Shown here piece after piece: positions 8,601 through 17,075 of a DNA stretch of 24,305 nucleotides. Both the position numbers and the translations under genes were made by a program. The notes beneath the pieces are model-generated. The model searched no databases. It worked only from the letters and a program-made list of their open reading frames with translations, and was not told where the DNA came from. Numbering within the stretch: the stretch's first letter is position 1; each line of letters starts with the position of its first letter. Source of the DNA: a virus. Lineage: Duplodnaviria > Caudoviricetes. The stretch is taken from positions 1 through 24,305 of IMG/VR virus record IMGVR_UViG_3300025451_000044; one strand, given 5' to 3'.

Positions 8601-11271
8601 CTAGTTCAATTGTTGCAGTTAAATCATTGCTAGGGCGAACAGACTTGACTAAACACTCAAGGTCTACACGATTAAGTTCACCGTAAATAATTAAATCACC
8701 TTCGGACACTGTAGTTCCGCTAATAATCGCACTTGAGCCGCTTACTGAAAACAAACTGCGAACAGACTGTGTGCCATCTAAATGTCGAACATGAGCGTAG
8801 ATGCTTCCAGTTGTTAGCTTAAATGGCTCATCAATGGTTATGTTGCCGCCACTGACAGAAACAATACGACCTGATCCAGCGCCAATCTTAGGTACATCAT
8901 GCTGCAATCGCACAAGAGAGCCGCGAGTAGCAAGCAGGTTTTCTACGTCACAATCAATCGTAAATGTTTCAATTCGTAACTGACCCTGAGCAATTGCCCT
9001 GCGACCAATTGTGTAAGCCTGGTTGTAACGCGATATGCCAACCAGTTTCATTGTTTCAAACACTGTTGCCTGTGTTTTGCCGCCAGAGCCGTCTGCGTTG
9101 TAATCATCGTCGTAAACAATGATTTCATCAACGTCAGTCTCATTTGTTTTTGTGTATTCAATACGCAAAGCATGTGGCTTGACGTAGTAGCTCATATTGC
9201 CGGAGAACGACTTAATGTTCTTTGGCGTAAAGATTTGAACTGGCGTATCTCTTTCACGGTCAACTGTAATCGAGTATTTTCCGCCATTTTGCGATGGCGT
9301 TGCGTAGCCGGTAGCAGCAATCAGCTTGAGGACTTCCCATGCCGTTGTTTGAGAGGTTACTTCCAAGTCGCAGCAAGCGCGATTGATTGTCGCGGCTTCG
9401 GCAGATCGGTAAAAGAAACTTTGAACTTGATTGCGAGTAAGTTCTGCACTATTGAGTTTGCCAACCCAGAAGTTAAGGCCATCTGTATCTGGCACACGAT
9501 AAAGAATCGTGTAGTACAAATTTGTCACAAAACCTTCGTTAGTTGCTGTATTTGGCGTAGTTGGCGGCGTAAATTCAAAGTTTGGCTGAGTCTCGTTACA
9601 CCAGTCAGCCCAATCTTTAAATGAAACTAAATCAATCCTAGAATCTGCAACTGGATTTTTCGCCGCAGTTCCGCGCATTACATCAAGGAATGCCCAAGCA
9701 GGATTTCTAGTTTCTTCTACTGACCAAGAAGAACCGTTCCAGACAGGCAGCTTGCTTTTTACAACACAAGATAAGTTATTTACAGCACCATTAAGCTGGT
9801 CTGTTCCCTTAATCTTTAGTTCAATCAACCCAATTTGTTTATTTGGAGCAATTGGAGCAATATTTTTTATTGATCGAACAGACGATAAAACGCAACCTGT
9901 TACATGATTTAAAGAACCGTCATAATCATCAGTAAGTCTAACAATGCGAATATCCCACTTTCCAGCAGTTGGAAATGACATATTGATATTTGTAAAAAAT
10001 GGCCTTGCTGCCGCTCTTCCGATATTAACGATACTTGACGAAGATGCAACTGTGTGACTATTTTGATAATCTTGATATGACTCTAAATGATTTCCAAAGT
10101 AATCAATTGTTGTGGTTACAAGTGTTTTGTATTCGTTATTTGCAACTGATGATGATTCTGGCAAATCTGTAACGACAGAATAATGTGGAATTACAAAGTA
10201 AGGGGTTCCAACAGCGTTCCAAGTGTTACTTGTTACCGTTGACTTAATTACTCCATCAGTTATTATAGGATTTGTGATTGGATTCCATGTTGAAGTTCCA
10301 CTTTGACGAACTTGTACTTGTAAATCAATGTCCCATCCTTTTTTTGATCCATTTGTTAATTCCAAATAATACATTCCGTTTGGGAATTGAATTGCTACAG
10401 AAGCAGCGTTTGCATTATCTGTTGTTGATACAATATGTTCAATATCTTTTAATAATGTAATGCTATAAGGGTCTTGCCAGTTATCTTCTTTAACAATCTT
10501 TAGTTCGTCGCCAGCTTCAAATGCTTCGTGAATGTAGTATTCAACATCTTTGTAATTTCCAATTGGGTTTTCACCAATGCGAATATCTTCAATCTTTATT
10601 GGGCCATAACCAACGGTAAATGCTTGATACAGATACTGGTCTGTGCCTTGGGCAATGATGTAAGGCGCAATTGCATGTTGCGGGAACACCTTGCGAGTAC
10701 CGTAGATGCGCGGAATCGCTGCGTACTTATTTAGTTGGTTCCCTATACGGCTGAAGCCATAAACAGGGTCCTCTGCTGTGCCAGAACTGCCAGTTGACGG
10801 CAATCCTGGAACCGGAGGAGGAAATAGCGCATTAAGAGCTAGAGATGCCGCAAGGCCTGCTACTGCTCCAACGCCAGCTCCTATTGCAGCAGCTTGTCCA
10901 GCAGTTAATCCAGCGGCAGTTCCTGGCCCTAATGCGCCAGCAGTAAAATATGAAACAACAACAACAATAGCAATAATTGCAACTGCTTTTAAAATCTGAC
11001 CAGCATCACCACCATGAGGCACAAGCACCATGCCAACGACATCTTTTTCACTAACAAACGTCAGTGCATAATTTTCTGGCTGGATAACTTCATCATTAAG
11101 TACAACGCGCAGATACTTACGCTGCCATTCTTCTTTAATGGCTTCGTCAATGATTTCTTGGATTGAACTACCAGCTTTTACATAAACCTCTTTAACAGAC
11201 TCTTGTAAAGTAAAAGGCGAGTCACGGAACGCTGTGTAAACACTTTTCTGTACTTCAGTCTGTTGCAGCAT
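5668..11271 (-). CDS. Central tail fibre / host-specificity protein (lambda J-like) with N-terminal gpI-like ubiquitin-like domain
   Basis: 1867 aa: IPRIYG, GYGPI, TRNPAW, FN3-like YYWIRLVDANGNYSDW, long coiled-coil repeats, DUF1983-like KWGVQVNAGGQVAGIAL, and VDTLQIAGNAVTVP before the C-terminal domain. Confidence 0.92.
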   Translation of the reverse strand: MLQQTEVQKSVYTAFRDSPFTLQESVKEVYVKAGSSIQEIIDEAIKEEWQRKYLRVVLNDEVIQPENYALTFVSEKDVVGMVLVPHGGDAGQILKAVAIIAIVVVVSYFTAGALGPGTAAGLTAGQAAAIGAGVGAVAGLAASLALNALFPPPVPGLPSTGSSGTAEDPVYGFSRIGNQLNKYAAIPRIYGTRKVFPQHAIAPYIIAQGTDQYLYQAFTVGYGPIKIEDIRIGENPIGNYKDVEYYIHEAFEAGDELKIVKEDNWQDPYSITLLKDIEHIVSTTDNANAASVAIQFPNGMYYLELTNGSKKGWDIDLQVQVRQSGTSTWNPITNPIITDGVIKSTVTSNTWNAVGTPYFVIPHYSVVTDLPESSSVANNEYKTLVTTTIDYFGNHLESYQDYQNSHTVASSSSIVNIGRAAARPFFTNINMSFPTAGKWDIRIVRLTDDYDGSLNHVTGCVLSSVRSIKNIAPIAPNKQIGLIELKIKGTDQLNGAVNNLSCVVKSKLPVWNGSSWSVEETRNPAWAFLDVMRGTAAKNPVADSRIDLVSFKDWADWCNETQPNFEFTPPTTPNTATNEGFVTNLYYTILYRVPDTDGLNFWVGKLNSAELTRNQVQSFFYRSAEAATINRACCDLEVTSQTTAWEVLKLIAATGYATPSQNGGKYSITVDRERDTPVQIFTPKNIKSFSGNMSYYVKPHALRIEYTKTNETDVDEIIVYDDDYNADGSGGKTQATVFETMKLVGISRYNQAYTIGRRAIAQGQLRIETFTIDCDVENLLATRGSLVRLQHDVPKIGAGSGRIVSVSGGNITIDEPFKLTTGSIYAHVRHLDGTQSVRSLFSVSGSSAIISGTTVSEGDLIIYGELNRVDLECLVKSVRPSNDLTATIELVPYAPAIYTADTEEIPDRDPWGGNWTGGNGGGTTGANKTTPGPVTSLQGSYQITYANKVPSITVTLSWSNPYAGGTAYSYKIYYQDTNGWRLLKETTELTYIAFNEYIFTDANGDPIDLNGKALKFAVSAVGSDLSSFPPDSAAQVTVTPVIQNPDAVMTLTAVGGFFENILTWSYKTTGFDVAFVEIWGVMASNNRSEASLIANVAVPATTYSHTGLDVAQTWYYWIRLVDANGNYSDWYPESATAGVACSPSDDPQYLLSILFGAINTDQIAAGLNERIDLIDIGGNPAYPEIPNGLIAKVNVHDGDINTLYTDTDTIANNLLGAAVLIDKHETMITGAGIYIDEGTGTVRIFGVDNLQGQLNLVEADLDAANAQIALRATQAYVDQAIVDAVIDPSQIADLDDLYARVSTVEVDLDAAETAIGLKASLTTVNGIDARLSTAEIDIDALEGEIVTKVSNTEFDDLGARVTTAEETLSTINGAEITRTVEDVRYLYKEQDLAAEAVLRNLFTEERNFNLTQGAIAFADETLRAYTDGKTLAEAEARLALGAALETADAELAASITNEQTARVTADEAEATAREELAAQIESDLATVNGSIVNEAAIRLAADQAEASARQALAVSVDNDVSTLEAAITNEATVRANADSAEASARNTLAARLDGDIADVEAYIISEQNARVSADSALTTSINSLTATVNSNTAAIQTEATARANADSANATQITNVQARLDTGDFAAVKVSASASANAITGLNAKWGVQVNAGGQVAGIALNSGGQSYSSFTVLADVFNVYHPSDGTPRQMFGMGYVNGAYRVGINGSLIVDGSITARRLATGTITAASGVIADLAVDTLQIAGNAVTVPTATTGGAYYLQTYFQNVATLTIYLNKAGWVYATFNGNQGYPEGIAATEHYIYINGVQVCRVWTGDSYATSISGSGASYCNAGYVTVILKSRKTATAGNPARTVGFTDIGLYVQGMKK
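6412..6909 (-). repeat. Five coiled-coil repeats within J (three 108-bp intervals, then one of 96 bp)
   Basis: Units ITNEQTARVTAD, IVNEAAIRLAAD, ITNEATVRANAD, IISEQNARVSAD, IQTEATARANAD start at 6909, 6801, 6693, 6585 and 6489. Confidence 0.85.
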
Positions 11272-11273
11272 AG

Positions 11274-11672
11274 TTAATCCTTAATCTGAGATTTGTGCCG
11301 GTAGTAGCCTTCAATTCGATGTCGCCACTTAACACTATCTAATCTATCAATACAGCTATTATGCCCTGTTTGCGTATGTAGAAACTCTGAATTGCCGAGA
11401 TATACACCAACGTGGCATGGATGCCCCATGAGCCTCAATTTTATACCATCGCCGTATTGCGGTATATCAACTTTTGTCCAGTCATTGCTAAATTCTTGTA
11501 TTGCCGTTGATGTTGCCATCTTATCAAAGGCATCAACGTAAAACTCGTCGTATGACGGTAGTAAAACGCCCATTTCGTGAATGTAGAAAAGACGAAGCAG
11601 CCCCCAACAGTCTGCTCCTACTAAATCCCTGCCTTTGTTCCTGTATGGAACGCCAATTAAGTCTTTAATCAT
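11274..11672 (-). CDS. NlpC/P60 (C40) tail tip assembly protein
   Basis: GVPY..KGRD..GADCWGL catalytic Cys, HVGVY and FLH motifs. Confidence 0.92.
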   Translation of the reverse strand: MIKDLIGVPYRNKGRDLVGADCWGLLRLFYIHEMGVLLPSYDEFYVDAFDKMATSTAIQEFSNDWTKVDIPQYGDGIKLRLMGHPCHVGVYLGNSEFLHTQTGHNSCIDRLDSVKWRHRIEGYYRHKSQIKD

Positions 11673-12139
11673 TTGAACATGCCTGGAAACGTCCGTGGTA
11701 GATAATCGTCAGCAGGGAATCGCTGGTTCAGCAAATCCTGAATCTGCGCTGTCAATGTAATGCTTTGTGAGTTATACGTTGCGTCAACTAGTGACAAGTC
11801 GTCAATGCTGTACTCAACATTGTCTGGCGCACTTGCCATGATGATTTCTGAGGTAATGGTAATACCAGTGCCGTAGGTGCGAATAATCTCAATTAGCTCT
11901 AGGCTGACGTTATCAACGCTAATCTGAATCGTTGGCAGCGTTTCGCCGTCATCTTCTGGCAGCACAAACTGGAACGGGAACGCCATATAGGTTTCGCCAC
12001 GAGATACTACGTCATCTAGGTTGTTGACTAGACGGAAAGTGGTATTTGACTCTTGATGCTGGATTGTTAGCAGCCAAAGGAATACTTCATCTGTGTTTTG
12101 CTCAAGTGCGGCAATCTTGAAAGCACTAGAAAAGCTCAC
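11669..12139 (-). CDS. DUF1833-like tail tip protein (lambda gpL positional analogue)
   Basis: LLTIQH, RLVNN, Y.AFPFQFVLP, ISVDNV and Y.PRTFPGMF motifs; sits between the Dit-like and NlpC genes. Confidence 0.8.
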   Translation of the reverse strand: MSFSSAFKIAALEQNTDEVFLWLLTIQHQESNTTFRLVNNLDDVVSRGETYMAFPFQFVLPEDDGETLPTIQISVDNVSLELIEIIRTYGTGITITSEIIMASAPDNVEYSIDDLSLVDATYNSQSITLTAQIQDLLNQRFPADDYLPRTFPGMFK

Positions 12140-12495
12140 GGTAGAATCTCCAGTTCAAACTTAACGCGCCAAAGGTTTTTGCTGACAAAGACAGGGCCGC
12201 TGATTGCACCTGTTGTTCTGACAACAATTGATGTGCCGGTCAGCGGGTCAGGGAAGTTAAACGGTAGTGCGCCACCTTTGATGTTGCTAAAGAACGTATA
12301 AAACGTCGATTTCTGTGCGTCAGTCAGCAGGAACGACACTGACATCATGCGCTGCGTCCGTGTATAACGCTGGCGTTGCTTTTTCATACCTGCATCCATA
12401 TCACTACGGATTACGTTGTCCTTCAGCGATTCTGAGTATTCACGCTCTGGACAAGTCGGCAGTGTGGTAGGCCATGTTACTGATGCTGTTGTCAT
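12136..12495 (-). CDS. Distal tail protein (lambda gpM-like)
   Basis: WPTTLP, NVIRSDMDAG.KKQRQRYT, GGALPFNFPDP and W.VKFELEILP; directly after the tape measure gene. Confidence 0.75.
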   Translation of the reverse strand: MTTASVTWPTTLPTCPEREYSESLKDNVIRSDMDAGMKKQRQRYTRTQRMMSVSFLLTDAQKSTFYTFFSNIKGGALPFNFPDPLTGTSIVVRTTGAISGPVFVSKNLWRVKFELEILP

Positions 12496-14858
12496 TTTCC
12501 GCTTCTCCGAATGTTGTACGCGTTACGCATTGCGCTGTCAGTCTTTCCTGTAGAAATTGCCTTGTTCACCATGTCAGCCACTAGAATCTCAATCTGACGG
12601 TTGCCAAACGAGTCTGTGGTTGATGTGGCTGTAGCCTGTGTATTGCTAGAGTTGTTGTTGACGACGATTGATACGTCACCAGTTCCTGACTTTGTTCCTG
12701 TAGGCATCGCGCCGCCAACGTAGCCGCCATCAGCGTAGCCTCGCATCATTTTGTAAAGATTGCCGACACCGATGCGTTTTGTTGCTTCTTTATTGAATAC
12801 AAACTCGCCTTTATGAACTGGTCCGGCAATATCGTACTTGTTGCCTTCCCCAGTAAAGCCGCCACCAGCATATCCAGCAAAGCCGCCCTTCCAAAGATCG
12901 TAAACGTAATCTGAATTGCCTTGAACAGAATGTTGCCCACTTGCATCTGGCATAGAAAATGAAGTCGCACCCTTGCTAACAAGTCCAGTGAGCGCCATAC
13001 GAATATAAATACGCATGATGTCGTTAATAAGTGCATTGGCAAAGTCTGTAAAGCTGGCTTTGCCAGTTAATACAAACCGAGTTAGGCCAGTCTCCATGTT
13101 TGTCATGGCATTGCCAAATGCACTTTCAATGTCTTTTGCTACGTTGCCAGCAGTGTCAGCGTAATTCTGGAAGCCACGAATAATGCCATATTGAGCGCTG
13201 CGCTCTTGCTCTTGTCGAGAAGTAATCATTGCTGTTTGAGTTGCAATAGCCGCCTCTGCCGCAGCATTTATTTGATCTCGCTCTGCCTGACGAATAAATC
13301 CGTTCTGAATGATAATGTCTTGAATTACTTTTTCTTGCTCAGCCTGAATCTTGTACTTAGCATTAAGCACTTCCATTTCTTGCGCTGTTTTACCAAGCAG
13401 CGATGCCTGATTTGCTACTTGCTGATTAGAGCGAAGCATGGCCTGTTCAAACTTGTCTGCGCCAACGCGCATATTGTTGAACATCTTTTCTTCTTTGTTA
13501 TCTACCTTTGTTGCTCTTGAAGATGGTGCTTTTTCAAGACCTTGATAACCACCAGCCATTCCTTTTGTAATAGCGTTTATTTTTGCCTGTGTTGCAACAA
13601 CTGAGTTTGCTCTTTGCTGCTCAACTTCAACATACGATGTAACACTATCGCTCAGGTTTTTATTAGCTTTAATAATGTTATTTAGCGTTGATACATAAGT
13701 AGCAGCATCTTGTGTTTCTCCAAACTTTTTCTTTGCTTCGTCAATAGCTGTAGCTACTTCTACAGTTGTATTTTTAATGTTTGCAAATTCTTCTTTAGTG
13801 CCATACTCACTAAATCCAAATAATTTAGTTGTTCTATTGCCAATACCAAACATGTTTTCAACTGCAACTTTTGCTGCGTAAACACCACGCATAAAAGTCC
13901 CAATCTCTTTTAGAGATTCTGTAATACCATCTCTAAAAGTTTTTGTTGCATCAATTTGCTTAATTTCAAGCAAAGTAAGTTGTAAACTTAAATTCGCATT
14001 GATTAACTTTTTGCCTTCTTCTGTTGCTTCCCTGTAGTTTTTACCAAGAGAGCTTAAATCAACATCAACAACAGACTGCATTGCAGAGTCAAGAGCCTGA
14101 GCGCCGTCAGTAAGGTTTTTGAATAAATCAGCAGTTGTTTTTTCTCCGCCTGCTTTCATTACTAAATCTGCAATTGCACCACCAATTGCAGCAACTAAAC
14201 CTAAAGCAGCACCAGCACCCCCAAAAGCTGCAAGCATTTGAGGAGCCTGTTGGCTAAATGCTCGCATGGCAGAAGTGCCGCCGGATACTTGCATTACAAA
14301 GTCAGTAAGCTGATAGCTCGCCTGCTGCGTTATTTGGTTTGAATTTCTAAAAGCACTTTGAGACTTTTGCACAGAACCAGCCATACGCTCTGTAGCAGCA
14401 GATGTTTTATCAGTAGATACAACAACCTGATTGCTTGCGGCAATACGCGCTTGTGCTTGCTCTTGATAAAGCCTAGTTGACCTATCAATGTTTGCCTGTT
14501 GTGCGCGTAAACGCGCTTCTTCCGTAGAACTTAGAGTGCCACGAATCTTAGCAAGATTAGCTTCTGTCTGAGCCATTATCTTAGTTGTGGCATTTACGTT
14601 TTCCATTGCTCGTTGCAATGAAGTGTAGTTTGCCTCAACCGTTTTAATTGACCCAGTTAGCGAGTCGTAACCAACGGCTAACTTCTTTACAGAATTGCCT
14701 GTTGCATCAATTGTTTCAACAACTTTAATCGCCGTACCAGTGAAATCTTCAAACTTGTTTACAAGTCGCTTAATAGAAGCTTCTGATTGCTTTACGTTGC
14801 TTTCAAAGCTGCCTGAGTTTAGAAGTAGGTCAATTACTACGCTACCAGCAGTTGCCAT
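12492..14858 (-). CDS. Tail tape measure protein (lambda-type)
   Basis: 788 aa, helical and Ala-rich; YQLTDFVMQV..G....AFSQQAPQ, FVLTGKASFTDFANALINDI, AGGGFTG.GNKYDIAGPVHKGEFV. Confidence 0.93.
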   Translation of the reverse strand: MATAGSVVIDLLLNSGSFESNVKQSEASIKRLVNKFEDFTGTAIKVVETIDATGNSVKKLAVGYDSLTGSIKTVEANYTSLQRAMENVNATTKIMAQTEANLAKIRGTLSSTEEARLRAQQANIDRSTRLYQEQAQARIAASNQVVVSTDKTSAATERMAGSVQKSQSAFRNSNQITQQASYQLTDFVMQVSGGTSAMRAFSQQAPQMLAAFGGAGAALGLVAAIGGAIADLVMKAGGEKTTADLFKNLTDGAQALDSAMQSVVDVDLSSLGKNYREATEEGKKLINANLSLQLTLLEIKQIDATKTFRDGITESLKEIGTFMRGVYAAKVAVENMFGIGNRTTKLFGFSEYGTKEEFANIKNTTVEVATAIDEAKKKFGETQDAATYVSTLNNIIKANKNLSDSVTSYVEVEQQRANSVVATQAKINAITKGMAGGYQGLEKAPSSRATKVDNKEEKMFNNMRVGADKFEQAMLRSNQQVANQASLLGKTAQEMEVLNAKYKIQAEQEKVIQDIIIQNGFIRQAERDQINAAAEAAIATQTAMITSRQEQERSAQYGIIRGFQNYADTAGNVAKDIESAFGNAMTNMETGLTRFVLTGKASFTDFANALINDIMRIYIRMALTGLVSKGATSFSMPDASGQHSVQGNSDYVYDLWKGGFAGYAGGGFTGEGNKYDIAGPVHKGEFVFNKEATKRIGVGNLYKMMRGYADGGYVGGAMPTGTKSGTGDVSIVVNNNSSNTQATATSTTDSFGNRQIEILVADMVNKAISTGKTDSAMRNAYNIRRSGK

Positions 14859-14860
14859 AT

Positions 14861-15190
14861 CTAACTCCTTTTCGGCGGCTTATCCATGCCTAATGCTTTG
14901 AATGTTGCTAAATCTTCTTCAGAATACTCTGAATCATTAGGTGAATCATACCGTGGTTCAAGCCATTCAAGCAATGATTTTACATCAGCACCATTCATAG
15001 AAGTAGCTACCAAGGCCGCTGGGCGATGGTAACGATGGAAGTCATCAAACGGATGCTGCTTGTAATAGTCGGCCCATCGGAGAAACTCAGAATGTGACAT
15101 GACATTCTTAAGTTCTCCGACAGTCCTACCACCAAGTGCTAATGCTAGTAGATGCCAGAAGTGTTCTTCGCTTCCGGCATCTAGTGCTAC
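14861..15190 (-). CDS. Tail assembly chaperone C-terminal extension (gpT-like), translated as a gpGT fusion by -1 frameshift
   Basis: Reading frame is open from the slippery site (VALDAGSEEHFWHLLALALGGRTVGELKNVMSHSEFLRW...) through the 79-aa ORF to the stop at 14861. Confidence 0.88.
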   Translation of the reverse strand, partial: VALDAGSEEHFWHLLALALGGRTVGELKNVMSHSEFLRWADYYKQHPFDDFHRYHRPAALVATSMNGADVKSLLEWLEPRYDSPNDSEYSEEDLATFKALGMDKPPKRS

Positions 15191-15196
15191 TTTTTT
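15149..15196 (-). promoter_or_regulatory. Programmed -1 ribosomal frameshift signal: A AAA AAG plus 13-bp stem-loop
   Basis: GAA AAA AAG TAG at the chaperone end (heptamer 15190-15196); 6 nt downstream TAGATGCCGGAAG-9 nt loop-CTTCTGGCATCTA (one G-U pair). Confidence 0.9.
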
Positions 15197-15501
15197 TCGT
15201 CGCCTAATCCATTCACTTCGCGTACAGCCTCAAGAATCGGGCCGATTACGCTAGGTTTTAGATTAAGCGCTTGCTCTGCGGTAATAGCAGGTTTGCCATC
15301 TGGTTCGCAAAGACTAAGTGCCAGCAGCTTCGGGTTAGCAAACAATTGCACAGACTCGTCAGACGAGTTCAGCGCATTGACGTAACGCGAAATATCAGCA
15401 GCAGTTAGCTCTTTGAAAAATAGCTTGTGCTTCTTACCATCAGCAAGTTCGACTTCACGTTCTACAACTTCAGTCGAAACGAACAAAGATTTATCTAGCA
15501 T
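15187..15501 (-). CDS. Tail assembly chaperone (gpG-like)
   Basis: 104 aa between tail tube and TMP; LSLCEPDGKP motif; ends in the slippery sequence. Confidence 0.88.
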   Translation of the reverse strand: MLDKSLFVSTEVVEREVELADGKKHKLFFKELTAADISRYVNALNSSDESVQLFANPKLLALSLCEPDGKPAITAEQALNLKPSVIGPILEAVREVNGLGDEKK

Positions 15502-15514
15502 TTTTACCTCTTAG

Positions 15515-15973
15515 TTAAGCCTTGTACGACCAGGCAACAGAACCAGAACGCTGGAGTGTCAGCGTACCGCGCACTACTTCGTTAGTGGCAATATCAATAG
15601 CGATGTCAGCAACAAAACCATCAAAAGCTGCGTAAGTACGGCTAGTGGCAAAAGCCAGTGCGCCAGATACGATAGTTGGAGCAGCAGTGCCGTCAGACAG
15701 GCCAATAGCCCACTCAGTGATTTCGCCTGTGTCTTGCAGGTCAAGCAGCGTCTGGTGACTTGCATCAGTAGGGGTGAACACAAATGGAACAGAGATTTGA
15801 CCTGGGTTGCCAAGGCCGCTTACATACGATTTATCGTCAGTTGCGTTAAGGCAGGTTACTTCGATTTGGTCACGAGTGCCGCCTAGACCAGTAATACCAG
15901 TCGGACAACCCATAGTAACGACAGCAGCACTGTCAATGAAATACAGATTAGTACCTTGTGTCTTAATGCTCAT
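15515..15973 (-). CDS. Major tail tube protein
   Basis: TQGTNLY, GLGG.RDQIEVTCL, GLGNPG, F.GFV and LQRSG motifs; strong AAGGAG Shine-Dalgarno. Confidence 0.9.
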   Translation of the reverse strand: MSIKTQGTNLYFIDSAAVVTMGCPTGITGLGGTRDQIEVTCLNATDDKSYVSGLGNPGQISVPFVFTPTDASHQTLLDLQDTGEITEWAIGLSDGTAAPTIVSGALAFATSRTYAAFDGFVADIAIDIATNEVVRGTLTLQRSGSVAWSYKA

Positions 15974-16005
15974 AATTTACTCCTTAATCTCAGCGCCGAG
16001 ATAGT

Positions 16006-16365
16006 TTATCGAGAGGCAATAAAATCAGCCTCAATCGTCATTCTATACAACTTTGTGTCTGTTTCCCTATTATCTATGATAATTCTGTTGCTTATCAATT
16101 GGCTATCCAGTGCGGCGCGTACTGCATAAGCCAAATTTTCTACGCCAGTATCAGTTTCGGACCAGCAATCAATCTGGATTGTATCTTTGTCGTGGCAAGG
16201 AGCAGCATTAAGCACATCCTGCGGCATCCCTGTCACCATAAACCATGTGATATATGGTTTAACAACATCTTGTGGTGCAGAGCCATGACGATAGATGCGC
16301 GTGGCAACAGTGCTAACGACTGTAGCGTTGCTGCGTAATACTTGGTAAACATTTTGCATTGCCAT
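16006..16365 (-). CDS. Tail completion/terminator protein (DUF3168/gp17-like)
   Basis: RIY..G.APQ....PYITW, IQIDCWS, VRAALD, RETDTKLYR. Confidence 0.85.
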   Translation of the reverse strand: MAMQNVYQVLRSNATVVSTVATRIYRHGSAPQDVVKPYITWFMVTGMPQDVLNAAPCHDKDTIQIDCWSETDTGVENLAYAVRAALDSQLISNRIIIDNRETDTKLYRMTIEADFIASR

Positions 16366-16862
16366 TATTTTTTACCTTTGTTCATGTTTGCCATATCTTT
16401 GACCATTCTGTTAACTCTAGCAATAAGGTTTTCTGCAATAACATTGATTGCTTCTTCTGCTTTTGCTTGGAAAGCAGTACGAATAAATGGTCTTGCTGGC
16501 TGACTATTGTTTTCTGCGCCGTACTCAAAGATTTGCGCAGCTTTAACGGTTGATACAGCCGGACCTTTACGTCCTACATACAGCTTTTTCTTAATGCGAA
16601 CTACATAACGCTCGCCTTTGAACTCTGTTGGTGGCTTGCCGCGAGTGGCAATCAGGTTTTTTTCAATCAGGCCAGTTACATCATTACGACCCATCTCGTT
16701 CTGTAATGCACGAAGCCGCGCCTTTTCTTCGTCACGGATTACTTGTGCGCCGCGTTTAAGCGCCAGCTTTACAGGGCTTCCACGCTTGAACACGACTTCT
16801 TGTGGAAGTGATGTGAGCGTATCAAGTACGCCTTTTAATCCTGAGATTTCAACTGTTTTCAT
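16365..16862 (-). CDS. HK97 gp10-like tail/neck component
   Basis: VEISGLKG.L..L..LP, ALKRGAQVIRDE, FEYG....PARPFIRTAF. Confidence 0.88.
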   Translation of the reverse strand: MKTVEISGLKGVLDTLTSLPQEVVFKRGSPVKLALKRGAQVIRDEEKARLRALQNEMGRNDVTGLIEKNLIATRGKPPTEFKGERYVVRIKKKLYVGRKGPAVSTVKAAQIFEYGAENNSQPARPFIRTAFQAKAEEAINVIAENLIARVNRMVKDMANMNKGKK

Positions 16863-16981
16863 TCCATCCTCTTAAACACATAGGTTGAAATAGCTTCGCG
16901 CCCTAGTTCGGACTCCATTGTGTTCTTTTCAAGGTTGATAAAACCTTGCTCTTTGAACCATTTAATCAGGCCACGGGGTTT
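16859..16981 (-). pseudogene. 3' remnant of a probable SAM-dependent methyltransferase-like gene
   Basis: Frame lacking its own N-terminus: RGLIKWFKEQGFINLEKNTMESELGREAISTYVFKRME*. Its TGA is ATGA-coupled to the gp10 start. Resembles class I MTase C-termini from recollection only. Confidence 0.5.
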
Positions 16982-17075
16982 CTAGCAATACTTCTTGTAG
17001 CTGACACCATGATTTAATGAAGGCTCTAACGTAAATTGAGTCCCCAAGTCCTTGCATATTACGAATAACAATCAT
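16962..17075 (-). pseudogene. 5' remnant of a GT9/heptosyltransferase-like glycosyltransferase
   Basis: MIVIRNMQGLGDSIYVRAFIKSWCQLQEVLLETPWPD* (37 aa): beta-strand, GLGD, helix, beta-strand, as at the start of GT-B/GT9 enzymes. ATG is ATGA-coupled to the head-closure stop; far too short to be a full enzyme. Confidence 0.6.

Noticed and set aside
16962-16985. Programmed frameshift joining the GT9-like and MTase-like fragments
   Set aside because: It would need a +1 shift with no recognised signal, and the product would be a roughly 70-aa chimera of two incomplete folds; deletion is the simpler explanation.
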